Assembly (NCBI GenBank): GCA_047285805.1
Contig: JBJBCN010000002.1
Coordinates: 1,088,001 to 1,152,000, forward strand
Length of the DNA: 64,000 bases
Source: Synechococcus sp.
GTDB lineage: Bacteria; Cyanobacteriota; Cyanobacteriia; PCC-6307; Cyanobiaceae
Direction: 5' to 3'
The notes below the pieces were generated by a model. The model saw only the letters and a list, made by a program, of their open reading frames with translations, did not search any database and was not told where the DNA came from. Below, piece by piece: positions 10,532 to 23,970 of the stretch; within the stretch, counting starts at the first letter, position 1; the number at the start of each line of letters is the position of its first letter. The translations under genes and the position numbers were made by a program.

Positions 10532-11371
10532 TCAGCCTTTGACGGCCTCCCCGGTGGCACTGGGGAGGATGAAGCGCTGAAGCCCAACGAACAGCACCAG
10601 GACGGGGACGATCGAGACGACCGCACCGGCGGCGACGAGGCGCCAATCCAGGGAAAAACTGCTGGCTAGTTGCTGCAGACCCAGAGGAAGGGTGTAGAGC
10701 GATCGGTCATCCAGGATCACCAGCGGCCAGAGGAAGTCACTCCAGGTGCCGACGAACACAAACATCGCCAGAGTGATCAGATCGGCCTTGGCCGCCGGAA
10801 TCATCACGTTCCACCACTCACCGAGAGGGCTGCAACCATCGATCCGGGCCGCTTCCTCGAGCTCAACCGGCACCCCAGCGAAGCTCTGCCGAAGCAGAAA
10901 GATGCCGAAGGCGGTTGCCGCCTGGGGAATGATCAAAGCCCACAGAGTGTTTCGCAGCCCTAGCTGCACCATGAGCAGATAGAGCGGGATCATCACCACC
11001 TGGAAGGGGATCAGGATCGTGGCCACCACCAGGGCCAGCACGAGTCCCCGCCCCGCGAAGCGCATCCGCGCCAGCGGGTAAGCCGCCAGGGAACAGAAGA
11101 GCAGGTTCGCGATCACTGCACAGCCGCTGACAATCGTGCTGTTGAGGATGTAGCCCCACACGGGGTTGTCCTCAAACAAGCGCAGGTAGGCCTCGAGGCT
11201 GGGTTGGCTCGGGAAAAGCGCTGGAGGACTGGTGAAGATGTCTTCCGCCGGTCCCTTTAAGGAGGTGCTGACCAACCAGAGCAGGGGGACCAGCATCGCC
11301 ACCGAAATCAGCAGCAAGGCGATCAACTGCAGCCCGCGCAACAAAACGGGTTGGTGACGGCCAGCCATCAA
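10532..11371 (-). CDS. Carbohydrate ABC transporter permease
   Basis: [11 protein letters not shown] motif and multiple TM helices. Confidence 0.92.
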   Translation of the reverse strand: MMAGRHQPVLLRGLQLIALLLISVAMLVPLLWLVSTSLKGPAEDIFTSPPALFPSQPSLEAYLRLFEDNPVWGYILNSTIVSGCAVIANLLFCSLAAYPLARMRFAGRGLVLALVVATILIPFQVVMIPLYLLMVQLGLRNTLWALIIPQAATAFGIFLLRQSFAGVPVELEEAARIDGCSPLGEWWNVMIPAAKADLITLAMFVFVGTWSDFLWPLVILDDRSLYTLPLGLQQLASSFSLDWRLVAAGAVVSIVPVLVLFVGLQRFILPSATGEAVKG

Positions 11372-13008
11372 AGACGAGGGCGATCGGCAGGAGTCAAGTC
11401 ACCCACCGGCAACGGGGCTTTCTGGGGATGCAGAGGAGAGCGCTGGCTGCCTGCCACGAGGCGGTTCAAGGCATTCACGAAGGCCTGGGCGGCCGCTACG
11501 ACGATGTCGGTGTCGGCGGCATGGCCGGAATAAAGCACCCCATCGGCCCTTAGACGAATCGTGACTTCACCCATGGCATCAATGCCTTCGGTGACGGACT
11601 TCACAGAGAACTCCACGAGTTCGTTGGGGACGCGGGCGAGATGGTTGAGGGCCTGACAGACCGCATCCACCGGCCCGGTGCCGATCGCGGCCTCAGTGAG
11701 CTCGGCGCCATCGCTGTTTACGAGGGTGACGGTGGCCGTGGGTTGCAGGCTGGTGCCAGTGCTGACCTGCACCAACTTCAAGCTGTAGGTCGCCTGATCT
11801 TGCTGCTGAACCTGCTCACTGACGATGGCTTCGAGATCGCGGTCAGAAATCTCGCGCTTGCGGTCCGCCAACTCCTTGAAGCGAGCAAAGGCGTCGTCGA
11901 GGTCCTCGCGCACGAGGTTGTAGCCGAGCTCCTCCAAGCGCACGCGGAAGGCACTGCGACCGCTGAGCTTGCCCAAGGAAATGCGGTTGTCGGCCAGACC
12001 GATGGTGCGGGCGTCGATGATTTCGTAGGTCAGGCGGTTCTTGAGAACCCCATCCTGGTGGATGCCGCTTTCGTGGGCAAAGGCGTTGGCACCGACGATC
12101 GCCTTATTGGGCTGCACCGCCATACCGGTGAGGTTGCTGACCAGGCGGGAGGTTTTGTAGATCTCCTCGGTGCGAATGCCGGTAAGCGGTTCGCTGCTTC
12201 TCGCGTCCCGGCCCAGGAAGGGATTGAAGTAGCTGCGGCGCACATGCATCGCCATCACCAGCTCCTCCAGGGAGGCATTGCCGGCCCGCTCGCCGATCCC
12301 GTTGATCGTGCACTCGAGCTGGCGGGCGCCGTTCTTCACGGCCTCCAGGAAATTCGCGACAGCCAAACCCAAGTCGTTGTGGCCGTGGACCGAGATGACG
12401 GCCTGATCGATGTTGGGGACATGGCGATTGATCCCATCGATCAAGGCGCCGAATTCCGATGGGGTCGTGTAGCCGACGGTGTCCGGGATATTGATCGTGG
12501 TGGCACCGGCGGCAATCGCTGCCTCGATCACCTGATACATGAACTCCGGATCGGAGCGGCCGGCGTCCTCGCAGGAGAACTCCACGTCCTCCACCAGGGA
12601 GCGGGCATAGGCCACCATTTCGCCCGCGATGCTCAGGACCTCTGCACGGCTCTTGCGGAGCTTGTGCTCAAGGTGGATATCGCTGGTAGCAATAAAGGTG
12701 TGGATGCGGCGATGGGCGGCTGGCGCCACTGCATCGGCGCAAGCCTTGATGTCGCCCATGGCCGCCCGGGCCAGGCCACAGATCACGGGGCCATCAGCAG
12801 TGCCCACACTGGCGGCGATGCGCTGCACCGCATTGAAGTCGCCTGGGCTCGCGAACGGAAAACCCGCCTCAATGATGTCTACACCAAGCCGGGAGAGCTG
12901 CTGAGCGATCGCCAGCTTCTCCTCCAGGTTGAGGCTGGCCCCAGGGGACTGCTCCCCGTCGCGCAGGGTGGTGTCGAAGATCAATACCCGGCCGGGATCG
13001 CGGGCCAT
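11368..13008 (-). CDS. leuA: 2-isopropylmalate synthase
   Basis: [34 protein letters not shown] and regulatory domain. Confidence 0.97.
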   Translation of the reverse strand: MARDPGRVLIFDTTLRDGEQSPGASLNLEEKLAIAQQLSRLGVDIIEAGFPFASPGDFNAVQRIAASVGTADGPVICGLARAAMGDIKACADAVAPAAHRRIHTFIATSDIHLEHKLRKSRAEVLSIAGEMVAYARSLVEDVEFSCEDAGRSDPEFMYQVIEAAIAAGATTINIPDTVGYTTPSEFGALIDGINRHVPNIDQAVISVHGHNDLGLAVANFLEAVKNGARQLECTINGIGERAGNASLEELVMAMHVRRSYFNPFLGRDARSSEPLTGIRTEEIYKTSRLVSNLTGMAVQPNKAIVGANAFAHESGIHQDGVLKNRLTYEIIDARTIGLADNRISLGKLSGRSAFRVRLEELGYNLVREDLDDAFARFKELADRKREISDRDLEAIVSEQVQQQDQATYSLKLVQVSTGTSLQPTATVTLVNSDGAELTEAAIGTGPVDAVCQALNHLARVPNELVEFSVKSVTEGIDAMGEVTIRLRADGVLYSGHAADTDIVVAAAQAFVNALNRLVAGSQRSPLHPQKAPLPVGDLTPADRPRL

Positions 13009-13081
13009 GACGGCTACAAGTCGGAATGGTTATGAGTTAGGCACACTCTAGTCGTGAGGGCCGGGATACGGCTCAGCCGCT

Positions 13082-13594
13082 TCAGTGACCGTCGGTCTTC
13101 TCCAGTTGGGGCTTGAGGCTGGAGAGGTCGACAAAACGGTCGGCCGCGTTGCGCAATTCCCGAGGAACCATGCCCTCGGTGCTCATCAAGACCACCTTCA
13201 ACCCCCGGATGCGCAGCACTTCGAGCAGGCGCTCGAGATCACGGCTGCCGCTCATCACCCAAACCTCATCAATGCGATGGGCGACGGCCATCAGATCGAT
13301 GGCGATCTCCACATCCAGATTGGCGCGGGCGAATTGACGCTGATCGGAGTCGTGCCCTACTTCCCGCAGGGGTTTGGTGCGGACCGTGAAGCCCAGGCTG
13401 GTGAGTGCATCCCGGAAGGGCCGTTGGTCGGTGGCGTCCTTCAGCCCGGTGTACCAAAAGGCCGCACCCAGCTCCACACCGGATTGCGCCGTGGCGTACT
13501 CCAGCAGCCGGCGGGGATCAAAAAACCAGCCCAGTTTTTGCTGCACGTAAAACATGCTGTGGCCATCCACCGCCAGAGCCAGCTGCATCGGCAC
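13082..13594 (-). CDS. NYN domain (LabA/DUF88) protein
   Basis: VDG..., LDVEIAIDL, SGSRD and LRNAADRFVDL. Confidence 0.85.
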   Translation of the reverse strand: MPMQLALAVDGHSMFYVQQKLGWFFDPRRLLEYATAQSGVELGAAFWYTGLKDATDQRPFRDALTSLGFTVRTKPLREVGHDSDQRQFARANLDVEIAIDLMAVAHRIDEVWVMSGSRDLERLLEVLRIRGLKVVLMSTEGMVPRELRNAADRFVDLSSLKPQLEKTDGH

Positions 13595-13654
13595 CCGTTC
13601 GCTACGTCGAGCCTAGAAGTTGCACCTAAAGTTCTTGAATTCTGAGCAGGGGCG

Positions 13655-15237
13655 TTGGCCGCAGGACCCGCTGACTCTGGCGATTTAGCGCTGGTTCTCC
13701 ACGCGCACCTTCCGTACGTGCACTCCAACGCACCCGGCTCCCTGGAGGAAGACTGGTACTTCCAGGCCCTCCTGGAGTGCTACCTGCCGCTGCTGGACAC
13801 CCTTGAAGCTGCCGCCGCGGACCCCGCGCAGCGGCCGCGACTGACCATGGGTCTCTCGCCAACACTGCTCTCCCTGCTGAGCAACACGCTCCTCAGCCAG
13901 CGCTTTCTCCCCTGGCTGGAGGTGCGTGAGGAGCTGCTACACCAGGCACCCGCAGACCATGGCGCTGCGGGTGCCGACCTCAGCCTCAAGCTCCAGCGAG
14001 CCAAACAGGCCTGGATTCAAGCGAGCGGCAATCTTCTACCCCGCTTTCACCGGCTGCAGCAGCGCGGGGTACTCGATCTGCTCACCTGCGGGGCCACCCA
14101 CGGCTACCTGCCGCTGCTGCGGGATTGCCCCGAAGCCGTTCGCGCGCAGCTTCTGACCGCCGTGCGCGAACACGAGCGTCTGCTCGGTGTGCGGCCCTTG
14201 GGCATTTGGCTCCCGGAATGCGCCTACTACGAAGGGCTGGATCGGCTGCTGCTCAGCTGCGGATTGCGCTATGCGATCCTCGACGCCCACGGCCTGCTCC
14301 ACGGACAGCCGCGGCCGCGCTACGGGGTCTACGCACCGATCTGCAGTCCAGGTGGGATGGCCTTCTTCGGGCGGGACAGCGAATCCACCCTGCCTGTTTG
14401 GAGCGCCCGGGAGGGCTACCCAGGCGACCCCAGCTACCGGGAATTCCATCGGGATCTGGGCTGGGATCTGCCGCAGGAGGAGCTGCAGGTACGGGGCATC
14501 ACCAGCCAGCGTCCACTGGGCCTCAAGCTCCATCGCGTCACCGGCAGGCAGTGCAGCCTTGAGGAGAAGCAGGCCTACGAGCCCCAGCAGGCCGGCTTGA
14601 CGGTGAAGCGCGACGCACGACACTACCTGGCGGGCCGAGCCCAGCAGCTCGAGGACCTCAGCGGATCGATGGAACGCCGTCCGCTGCTGGTGGCGCCCTT
14701 CGATGCGGAGCTCTTTGGCCACTGGTGGTTTGAAGGGCCCCAATTCCTGGCAGAGCTTTTCAAGCAAGCTCCGCGCCAGGATGTCGGCCTAGCCACCCTG
14801 CGGGAGACCCTGAGCCGCGGGGATGCCCTGCAGCTCTGCCAGCCCTCCCCCTCCAGCTGGGGGCAAGGCGGCTATCACACCTACTGGTTGAACGAGAGCA
14901 ACGCCTGGGTCATACCCGAGTGGAATCGAGCCTCCCAGGCGATGGTCGATCGCGTCAGTCGCGGGGTCGGCAGCGAACAGGCCAGGGAGTGGCTGCAGCA
15001 GGCCGGGCGGGAGTTGTTGCTCGCCCAAAGCTCCGATTGGAGCTTCATCCTCCGGGCCGGCACGACGACGGAGCTAGCGAAGGAGCGCATCGAGCGCCAT
15101 CTCGAGCGCTTCTGGCTCCTGATCGAGGCGATCAACACCAACACCCCACCACCGAAGGGGTGGCTGGAGGCCGTCCAACGGGAAGACGGTCTCTTCCCCC
15201 TGATCAACGCCGCCGACTGGGCCCGACTTCCCTTCCC

Positions 15238-15241
<4 letters not shown>
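13655..15241 (+). CDS. Glycoside hydrolase family 57 (branching-enzyme type, DUF1957)
   Basis: HAHLPYV, GIWLPECAY, DAELFGHWWFEG and AQSSDW. Confidence 0.93.
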
Positions 15242-16252
<1,011 letters not shown>

Positions 16253-16263
<11 letters not shown>

Positions 16264-17506
16264 GCAACCGCAACATTAAAGGCAGCTCGCGTCCCTGCTG
16301 TTGCATCAAGCCCAGCCGCACACTCCAGGGGGCCACAGCGAAGAGCCGCAGCATCGCGCCCACCAAAGCCGGCAGGGTCAAAGTGTTGGTCAAGAAGCCG
16401 TACCAATGCAGCTTCGGCAAGGCGAAGAACGTGGCGAAGAACTGCCTGAGCTGCCCCTCGGGGTAGTGCATCAACTTCTCCAGGCCAAAGCGATAGAGCG
16501 CATGTTTGCGCTGTAGCTCCAAGGGCCAGAGGGCCTGCCAAGCCGCCCGGGATAGAGACGGCGAGGGGAGGTTGGCATCGGCCAGTCCGTCGGCGATGGC
16601 CTGGGCCAGCGCGGGTGCCCGCCGCAGCAGGGAGCCAACCATGTAACCGGAGGCGGGGTGCACCAAGGTGGCGCCGCCACCGAAGGCCAGCAATTGCTGA
16701 TCCAAATCCGGCAGAGGCATGTTCATCGGGAAGAGACACAGTTCTTCCTCCTCCTCGGCCAGCACCTCGATGTCGCGGTGGGAGAGCCGTTTCAGCAGAC
16801 GCGCCTTCAGCACCTCGTAGGGAACCGCCGGAGCCAAGGCCAAGGAGGTTTCCTCGACAAAGAACCGCCCCTCCCCAAAGTCCATCGCATAGAGAAAGGT
16901 CGGAGGTCCGCAGCGACGCTCGGCCTCACTGAGGTGGTCGCAGCGGTAATCCATCAGGACAAACTGTCCGGGCTCCACCGGGGGTTTCGAGAAGCGACCC
17001 ACGATTCCGTAGGCCGCCTGCCCCGCCACCGGCCCCTCGTCCGGACGCTTGAGGAATGGGCTGTGATGGCCACTGCAATCCAGCACCAAACGGGCCTCGA
17101 GCCGATCCCCTTGATCCGTCGTGACCACCGAGCCCCGCTGGTGGTGCTCAATCGCCACAACGGCCCCACGCGTCCAGGGAACACCGGCGTCCTGGCAGGG
17201 GGTCAACCAATGGCGCTGAAGCGCGGCCTTGTCGAAGAGGCCGTAGTCGATGCCATGGGCGAGGGGTTCACTACACAGGTCTGCACCGAAGTAGCTGCTC
17301 GTGTGGCTCCAGCGGTGGCCCAGCAAGTGGGCCAGCCCCAAGGCATCCACCTCCGGCCCCCAGATGCCGTAGGTGTTCTGCCAGGGAGTCTCCGGTGAGG
17401 AGGGGGCAACAGCCGCAACCTTCACACCACGCTCAACGAGCGCTGCCGCGATGCAGAGCGCCGCTGGACCAGCGCCGATCACTAAGACCCCGGGAGTCAT
17501 GCGCAC
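16253..17506 (-). CDS. crtL: Lycopene cyclase (CrtL type)
   Basis: IGAGPA FAD motif, NTYGIW, FFVEETSL and VHPASGY. Confidence 0.92.
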
Positions 17507-17552
17507 GCCGCGGTGGTTGTCCGAAAAGAGAGGTGTCTCACCGCGTGGGAAC

Positions 17553-20195
17553 TCAGGCTTCCGTGATCTCGCTCACGCTCTCGTTCTCGGTCGACGTGCC
17601 CTCGGCGAGCTCGTCTTCGTCCTCCTGGGCGGGAGGCACCAGGACCACTTCCGAGAGTCGATCGCCGCTGTCGAGGCGCTGCAGTTTGACGCCGGTGGCG
17701 GCGCGGGACTGCTGCGGCACCGCATCAGCCTGCATCCGCACGATCACCCCGCGCTCACTGATCAGCAGCAACTCCTCACCCGAGCCGAGCACACGCAGGC
17801 CGACGAGCACATCGCCGTCTCGGCGGAACTTCATCGCCCGCAGGCCCATGCCGGAACGTTTCTGCAGGCGGAACTGATCCACCGGGACGCGCTTACCCAA
17901 GCCGCTCGCGGACGCCACCAGCACCCAGGGACCATCGCTGGGGGCGACCTCCTCAGCATCATCGTCATCGCTACCGGCATTGCTGCCCTCGACGCGATCG
18001 GCCAGCTCAACAGGGAGCACGTCCATGCTCACCAGCTGATCGCCAGGGCGGAGGTTCATCGCTCGCACTCCACGGGCCGTGCGGCCCAACGGACGGAGCT
18101 CCTCGTCACTCAGGCGGAAGTGGATGGTCATCCCGTTCCGCGAACCAATCAGAACGCTATCGCCAGGCTGCGCCAGACGCACCCAGGTCAGGGCATCCCC
18201 CTCCTCGAGTGAGATGGCAATCAGGCCATTGGAGCGGATGTTGGCGAAGGCCGACAGCCGGGTGCGCTTGATGTAGCCGCCGCTGGTGAGCATCACCAGG
18301 ACGGCATCTTCCGCGAACTCACTGACAGCCAGCAATGAGGTGATTTGCTCCTCACGCGGGATCGGCAAGAGCTGAACGATCGGCGTGCCCTTGGCGGCGC
18401 GGCTGCAGAGGGGGACCCGATAGGCGGGCACGGTGTAGACGACACCGCGATCGGAGAACAGCAACAACGAGTCGTGGTCGTTGCAACTGATAAACAGACG
18501 AACCGCCTCCTCTCCCTGGGTTTTCGTGCCGGCTTTGCCGCGAGTGCCGCGGCTAGTGGCTTCGAACTCGCTCACCGGCATCCGCTTGAGGTAGCCGTTC
18601 TCCGTCAGCAAAACGACCGAGCGCTCGTTCGCGATCAGATCAATGTCTTCAAGACCCCCTTCGACATCAAGGATCTCGGTGCGGCGCGGGGAGTCGTAGC
18701 GGGAGCGAATCACCCCCAGCTCCTCGGTGATTAAGCCATAGACCCGTTCTTTGCTGGCCAGGATGTCTTTGTAATCGGTGATCTTGGCGAGCAGGTCCTC
18801 GTGCTCAAGGCGGATCTTGTCGGCCTCGAGGGCGGTCAGGCGACGCAGCTGCATCTGGAGGATCGCGTCGGCTTGGATTTCACTCAGCCCGAACTGCTGC
18901 ACCAAATCCAGTCGGGCAGTCGCCGTGTCAGCTGCCCCGCGGATCAAGGCAATAATTGCGTCGAGGTTGTCCAGCGCGATCAGTAGACCGAGCAGGATGT
19001 GGTCGCGCTCTTCGGCCTTGCGAAGCATGTAACGGGTCCGGCGCTCAATCGTCTCGACTCGGAAGGCGAGAAAGACCTCGAGCATCTTGCGCAGGGTGAG
19101 CAGAACCGGCTCCCCGTTCACCAGCGCCAGCATGTAGGCACTGAAATTGCTCTGCAGGGGCGTGAGCTTGAACAGGTTGTTCAGCACAACCTGGGGATAG
19201 GCATCGCGGCGCAATTCGATGACGATCCGCATACCGTCGCGGTCGGATTCGTCGCGAATGTCGGCAATCCCCTCGAGCTTCTTGTCGTTCACCAACTCAG
19301 CAATGCGCTCAATCAGCGCGGCCTTGTTGGTCTGATAAGGCAACTCGGTGATGATCACGGCGTCGCGATCCGGTCGCCCCTTGGCCTCGACCGTCTCAAT
19401 CGCAGCAACACCGCGCATCGTGACGGAACCGCGGCCGGTTTCGTACATCTCCCGAATCCCGCGACGGCCCAGGATTTGACCGCCAGTGGGGAAGTCGGGC
19501 CCCTTGACGATGGAGGTCAGCTCGCGATCGCTGACTTCTGGGTTGGCGATCAGCGCGAGCAGGCCATCAATCAGCTCGGTGAGGTTGTGGGGCGGAATGT
19601 TGGTGGCCATGCCCACCGCGATCCCCGTCGAGCCATTCAGCAGCAACTGGGGGATGCGCGCTGGCATCACCGTTGGTTCTTGCTGGGACCCATCGAAGTT
19701 GTCGATAAAATCGACGGTTTCGCTCTCGATGTCCTCCAGCAAGCTGTCGGTTGTGAGCGCCCTCAGCCGCGACTCGGTATATCGCATGGCGGCCGGCGGA
19801 TCGTTGTCCACAGAACCGAAGTTGCCGTGGCCGTCGATGAGAGGCATGCGCATGGAAAAGTCCTGCGCCATGCGCACCAGCGCGTCGTAGACGGCGGTAT
19901 CACCATGGGGGTGGTACTTACCGAGCACCTCACCCACAACACGGGCGCACTTGCGATATGGCCGATCACTCGTCAGTCCCAGCTCGTACATCGCGTAGAG
20001 GATCCGCCGATGCACCGGTTTCAAACCATCGCGGGCATCGGGCAGTGCCCGTCCCACGATCACGCTCATCGCGTACTCCAGGTAGGAGCGCGACATCTCG
20101 TTGCGAAGGTCAGCCTGAATAATTCGGCCGTCGGATCCGCCTGGTCCTTCCCCGTCCCCCGAGGGCATCTCACGGGGTTCGGTTGGATCCGCCAT
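17553..20195 (-). CDS. gyrA: DNA gyrase subunit A
   Basis: YHPHGD, AAMRYTE, beta-pinwheel CTD with GyrA-box-like SRGTRG. Confidence 0.96.
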   Translation of the reverse strand: MADPTEPREMPSGDGEGPGGSDGRIIQADLRNEMSRSYLEYAMSVIVGRALPDARDGLKPVHRRILYAMYELGLTSDRPYRKCARVVGEVLGKYHPHGDTAVYDALVRMAQDFSMRMPLIDGHGNFGSVDNDPPAAMRYTESRLRALTTDSLLEDIESETVDFIDNFDGSQQEPTVMPARIPQLLLNGSTGIAVGMATNIPPHNLTELIDGLLALIANPEVSDRELTSIVKGPDFPTGGQILGRRGIREMYETGRGSVTMRGVAAIETVEAKGRPDRDAVIITELPYQTNKAALIERIAELVNDKKLEGIADIRDESDRDGMRIVIELRRDAYPQVVLNNLFKLTPLQSNFSAYMLALVNGEPVLLTLRKMLEVFLAFRVETIERRTRYMLRKAEERDHILLGLLIALDNLDAIIALIRGAADTATARLDLVQQFGLSEIQADAILQMQLRRLTALEADKIRLEHEDLLAKITDYKDILASKERVYGLITEELGVIRSRYDSPRRTEILDVEGGLEDIDLIANERSVVLLTENGYLKRMPVSEFEATSRGTRGKAGTKTQGEEAVRLFISCNDHDSLLLFSDRGVVYTVPAYRVPLCSRAAKGTPIVQLLPIPREEQITSLLAVSEFAEDAVLVMLTSGGYIKRTRLSAFANIRSNGLIAISLEEGDALTWVRLAQPGDSVLIGSRNGMTIHFRLSDEELRPLGRTARGVRAMNLRPGDQLVSMDVLPVELADRVEGSNAGSDDDDAEEVAPSDGPWVLVASASGLGKRVPVDQFRLQKRSGMGLRAMKFRRDGDVLVGLRVLGSGEELLLISERGVIVRMQADAVPQQSRAATGVKLQRLDSGDRLSEVVLVPPAQEDEDELAEGTSTENESVSEITEA

Positions 20196-20240
20196 TCGTG
20201 ACAGCTTTGATTAGAACGCATTTTATCGGTAGTTGCGCCT

Positions 20241-21383
20241 GTGTCTTCCTCCCCTGGGACCATTCCCAATCGGAGCGAGACCGAGCTGCAGCAGTGGCAG
20301 CTTGAGGGGCAGCTCCAAGTCCGCAGCGCGACAGCGTTCCGTGCGCTCGTACAAGAGCAGGGACTCGAGCAGGCCTACCGCGAGACCCATGTAGTCGTAG
20401 CTGGCGATGCCGAGCTCACGCAGCAGGCCTCCCTGGTGCTGCATCTTGGCCCCAGCGACCCACCGATCCGGGTTCGCCAAGTTCGATTTGGCCCCGCCGA
20501 AGGTCATGGCGGCCACGGCAATACCGATCTGGTAATTCCGATGGGATCCGGGGGCGCCTCCCTGCTCAGCGCCCTACTGGAGGGGCAACCCCTTCCCCTC
20601 TCCATAGGCGGAACTCCAAACCAGCAGCAACCCAAGGTTGAGTTGGAGACCGAACTGGGCTTAGCCGAGATCCCCTGCGGCCGCCTGCTCCTGCACCGCG
20701 GCATTTGCGAAAACGGCGTCGTGGCCGTGAGCAGCCGGGAGGGAATGACACCGACGCCCTGGGGGCCGGTGATTGGGCCATGGACGAGCGCTCTTTACAG
20801 CTGCCGAGGCCCCGGCAGCATTGGCCTAAGCATGCCCGGACTTCAGGACCTCGGGGCGGGATCCCCGGTACTTGTTGGAGGAGCCATCGGCTGGGTTAAT
20901 GGACCAGGAAGCGGTCACAACCCCGGGACCAAACGCAGTCCCAGCGGCCATGCCCTTGGTCCAGGGGCCTGCTGCTCCCTTCAGGTGGACCTCCACGGGC
21001 TGAAGTCTTCGGCGATCCGCTCTACCCGTTTACCCGATGGCAGCAGCGGACTGCTGGTGGCCATCGCCGCACCCATCCCGCTGTTGAACCGCAGCAGGGC
21101 CGAGCAACTGGCGGCGACGGCAGAGGCACTCTCCGCACCTCTTTTGGACTATGGAATCCCCCGGCGCGTCCGCCCCAGCCCAGCAAGCGCGACCTACGCG
21201 GAACTCCTCAGCGGCTCCATCCGTCTCGGGGAGCGGCAACTCACCGCCGCACCGGCCCACAGCCCGAGGTTGGCGGAAGAGGCGGCCACCCAACTTGTGC
21301 AGATGCTGCAGAGCGGAGCGTTCCCGCTGCGCTCGCCCCTCGCCCCCCTGCCCAGTGATCGGACTGTGCGGGCACTGAACTAA
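20241..21383 (+). CDS. Homocysteine biosynthesis sulfur-incorporation (HcyBio/DUF39)-like protein, divergent
   Basis: SDPPIR, G.GSPVLVGGA.GWV.G.G..HNP and SATYAELLSG patterns. Confidence 0.6.
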   Translation: MSSSPGTIPNRSETELQQWQLEGQLQVRSATAFRALVQEQGLEQAYRETHVVVAGDAELTQQASLVLHLGPSDPPIRVRQVRFGPAEGHGGHGNTDLVIPMGSGGASLLSALLEGQPLPLSIGGTPNQQQPKVELETELGLAEIPCGRLLLHRGICENGVVAVSSREGMTPTPWGPVIGPWTSALYSCRGPGSIGLSMPGLQDLGAGSPVLVGGAIGWVNGPGSGHNPGTKRSPSGHALGPGACCSLQVDLHGLKSSAIRSTRLPDGSSGLLVAIAAPIPLLNRSRAEQLAATAEALSAPLLDYGIPRRVRPSPASATYAELLSGSIRLGERQLTAAPAHSPRLAEEAATQLVQMLQSGAFPLRSPLAPLPSDRTVRALN

Positions 21384-21452
21384 CCCCCCACAAAGCGACA
21401 CGGACGAAAAACAGCCGTAAGCTCCCAATGCCGTTGTTTTTAAACCAAAGCC

Positions 21453-22133
21453 ATGGCTGATGCTGCTGCCACCCAGCCGGACGCCGAGCAGCAGCCTCAA
21501 CACGAGGCGCTGGAGACCATCACTTCAGAAATGCCCCCTGAACTGAGTGCAACTGACGTTGCCGCAGCCGAAGTCGCGGCTGAGGGCGTTCAGGCCGAAC
21601 CGATCGCTGAGGTCGTGGACGAGAAGCCTCCAGAAGCACCCCCGGTTAGCCCAGCCGTTCTAGAGAAATCGATAGCCCCCGAGCCCGAGCAAGCCATCGC
21701 CCCGGATCGTGCGCCCGAGCCAGCCATCGCCCCGGATCCTGCGAATGTCTTGACCCCCCAGGTAGCAAGCACGACCGATGTCCCGGCTAGCCCTGTAGCC
21801 GTGTCCTCTGAAGAGAACGGCGGAGAGTGGGAACTGCTGGTTGAAAAGGTCAAGCAGTGGATCGCTAGCGGCCAACTGCAGCAGCAATGGGAAACTGCCC
21901 GCACCCCGATCACCCTGCTGGCAGGGCTGATCTCCGTGTTGGTGGTTCTGCGGATCTACAGCTCCCTTCTGGGGGTTTTGGAAAGCCTGCCGCTGCTCCC
22001 TGGACTGCTGGAGCTGGTGGGAGTCATCAGCGTTGTGCGCTTCAGCCTGACCCGCCTCGTTAAGAACAGCGATCGACAGGAGGTCATCGATGGTCTGAAG
22101 CAGCGCTGGAGCAACTTTCGAGGCAATCGGTAG
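21453..22133 (+). CDS. CAAD-domain (CURT1-like) thylakoid protein
   Basis: Acidic A/P/E-rich N-terminus, C-terminal LPLLPGLLELVG TM pair. Confidence 0.85.
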   Translation: MADAAATQPDAEQQPQHEALETITSEMPPELSATDVAAAEVAAEGVQAEPIAEVVDEKPPEAPPVSPAVLEKSIAPEPEQAIAPDRAPEPAIAPDPANVLTPQVASTTDVPASPVAVSSEENGGEWELLVEKVKQWIASGQLQQQWETARTPITLLAGLISVLVVLRIYSSLLGVLESLPLLPGLLELVGVISVVRFSLTRLVKNSDRQEVIDGLKQRWSNFRGNR

Positions 22134-22202
22134 CAGACGGCATCAAGACAGGAGCAGTCAGGTCGGTTGATAGCTTGGCTGAATTGCTTCAAAAGGTCTC
22201 AG

Positions 22203-23366
22203 GTGGACATTCAGCTCGGCCGTTCCCGTACTGTGCGCCGCGCCTACGGCATCGATGAAATCGCCCTGGTGCCTGGTGGTCGCACAGTCGATCCGGCCGT
22301 CACCGACAGCAGCTGGACCCTGGGCGGAATCACGCGCGAAATTCCGATCATCGCCAGCGCCATGGACGGCGTGGTCGATGTGCGGATGTGTGTTGAGCTG
22401 GCCAAGCAGGGCGCCCTCGGCGTGCTCAACCTGGAGGGCGTCCAGTGCCGCTACGAGGACCCGAACCCTGCCCTGGATCGCATTGCCTCGGTGGGTAAGG
22501 AAGAGTTCGTGCCCCTGATGCAGGAGCTCTACAGCCAGCCCGTGCGGGAAGACCTGATCCGCAAGCGCATCGCTGAGATCAAGGAGCGCGGCGGAATTGC
22601 CGCGGTGAGCGGCACCCCCGTTGCCGCCTTGAAATTCGGCAAGGCCATCGCCGAGGCCGGCGCAGACTTGTTTTTCGTGCAGGCCACCGTGGTCAGCACC
22701 GAACACATCGGTCCTGAAGGCCAGGACAGCCTCGATCTCGAAGCGCTTTGCCGCGATTTCGGCGTTCCCGTGATCATCGGCAACTGCGTCACTTACGACG
22801 TGGCACTGAAACTCATGCGCGCCGGCGCCGCAGGCGTGATGGTGGGCATCGGCCCTGGTGCCGCCTGCACCTCACGCGGCGTGCTGGGCATCGGGATTCC
22901 CCAAGCCACTTCAGTCGCCGACTGTGCGGCTGCTCGAGATGACTTTATGAAGGAAAGCGGCCGATACGTGCCGATCGTTGCCGACGGCGGCATCGTCACC
23001 GGCGGTGACATCTGCAAGTGCATTGCTTGCGGCGCCGATGCGGTGATGATCGGTTCCCCCATTGCCCGCTCCGCGGAGGCTCCCGGACGCGGCTTCCACT
23101 GGGGCATGGCCACCCCCAGCCCAGTACTTCCCCGCGGCACCCGCATCAAGGTGGGGACCACCGGCAGCCTGGAGAAGATTCTTCGAGGACCGGCCTCCCT
23201 TGACGACGGAACCCAGAACCTACTGGGCTGCATCAAGACCTCGATGGGCACCCTGGGGGCTCGAAGCCTCAAGGAAATGCAGCAGGTGGAGGTCGTTGTC
23301 GCACCGTCCCTGCTGACGGAGGGCAAGGTTTATCAGAAGGCCCAGCAATTGGGCATGGGCAAGTAG
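22203..23366 (+). CDS. guaB: GuaB3-type IMP dehydrogenase family protein
   Basis: ASAMDGVV, VGIGPGAACTSR and ADGG; GTG start. Confidence 0.92.
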   Translation: MDIQLGRSRTVRRAYGIDEIALVPGGRTVDPAVTDSSWTLGGITREIPIIASAMDGVVDVRMCVELAKQGALGVLNLEGVQCRYEDPNPALDRIASVGKEEFVPLMQELYSQPVREDLIRKRIAEIKERGGIAAVSGTPVAALKFGKAIAEAGADLFFVQATVVSTEHIGPEGQDSLDLEALCRDFGVPVIIGNCVTYDVALKLMRAGAAGVMVGIGPGAACTSRGVLGIGIPQATSVADCAAARDDFMKESGRYVPIVADGGIVTGGDICKCIACGADAVMIGSPIARSAEAPGRGFHWGMATPSPVLPRGTRIKVGTTGSLEKILRGPASLDDGTQNLLGCIKTSMGTLGARSLKEMQQVEVVVAPSLLTEGKVYQKAQQLGMGK

Positions 23367-23389
23367 GGGATCGCGTTAGCCTCCGGAGT

Positions 23390-23447
23390 GTGTGGGCTCA
23401 ACACCCTCACACTCCTCACACCCCCCGGCTCGGCGCGTCCGAGCTTT
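23390..23447 (+). ncRNA. yfr1: Yfr1 small RNA
   Basis: ACTCCTCACAC motif (23411-23421) between two stem-loops, in the known guaB-trxA location; ends approximate. Confidence 0.9.
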
Positions 23448-23571
23448 CACTCTTTGCATGGGCTGAGCGCCTTCCGACGCCAGCAACCCACCACCCAGTT
23501 ACGAGTTCCTCCAGGCCTCTGCCGAAGCCCAAACCTCGTTGCTAAATTCCGAAACACTGATCCCTGAACGG

Positions 23572-23895
23572 ATGTCCAGCGCCGCAGCCGTCACCGACGC
23601 TTCCTTCGAGCAAGACGTGCTCAAGAGCGATGTACCCGTTCTTGTCGATTTCTGGGCTCCCTGGTGCGGCCCCTGCCGCATGGTTGCTCCGATCGTTGAC
23701 GAGATCTCCAAAGAGTTCGAAGGCAAGATCAAAGTCTTCAAGCTGAACACCGACGAGAACCCCAACGTCGCCAGCCAGTACGGCATCCGCAGCATCCCCA
23801 CCCTGATGGTCTTCAAGGACGGCCAAAAAGTGGACACCGTTGTTGGCGCCGTACCCAAGACCACCCTCTCCGGCACCATCTCCAAGTACCTCTGA
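23572..23895 (+). CDS. trxA: Thioredoxin
   Basis: WCGPC active site. Confidence 0.97.
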   Translation: MSSAAAVTDASFEQDVLKSDVPVLVDFWAPWCGPCRMVAPIVDEISKEFEGKIKVFKLNTDENPNVASQYGIRSIPTLMVFKDGQKVDTVVGAVPKTTLSGTISKYL

Positions 23896-23926
23896 GCGTC
23901 AATGGCCCTCACCTAGACCTCCCCTC

Positions 23927-23951
23927 AAGCCCGGCCAATGGCCGGGCTTTT
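23927..23951 (+). terminator. trxA terminator
   Basis: AAGCCCGGCC-AAT-GGCCGGGCTT followed by T residues. Confidence 0.75.
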
Positions 23952-23970
23952 CTGTTCTGATCCCCCCGCG

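Noticed and set aside
21677..21740. Short tandem duplication GCCATCGCCCCGGATC in the CAAD gene
   Set aside because: In-frame low-complexity linker repeat; ordinary.
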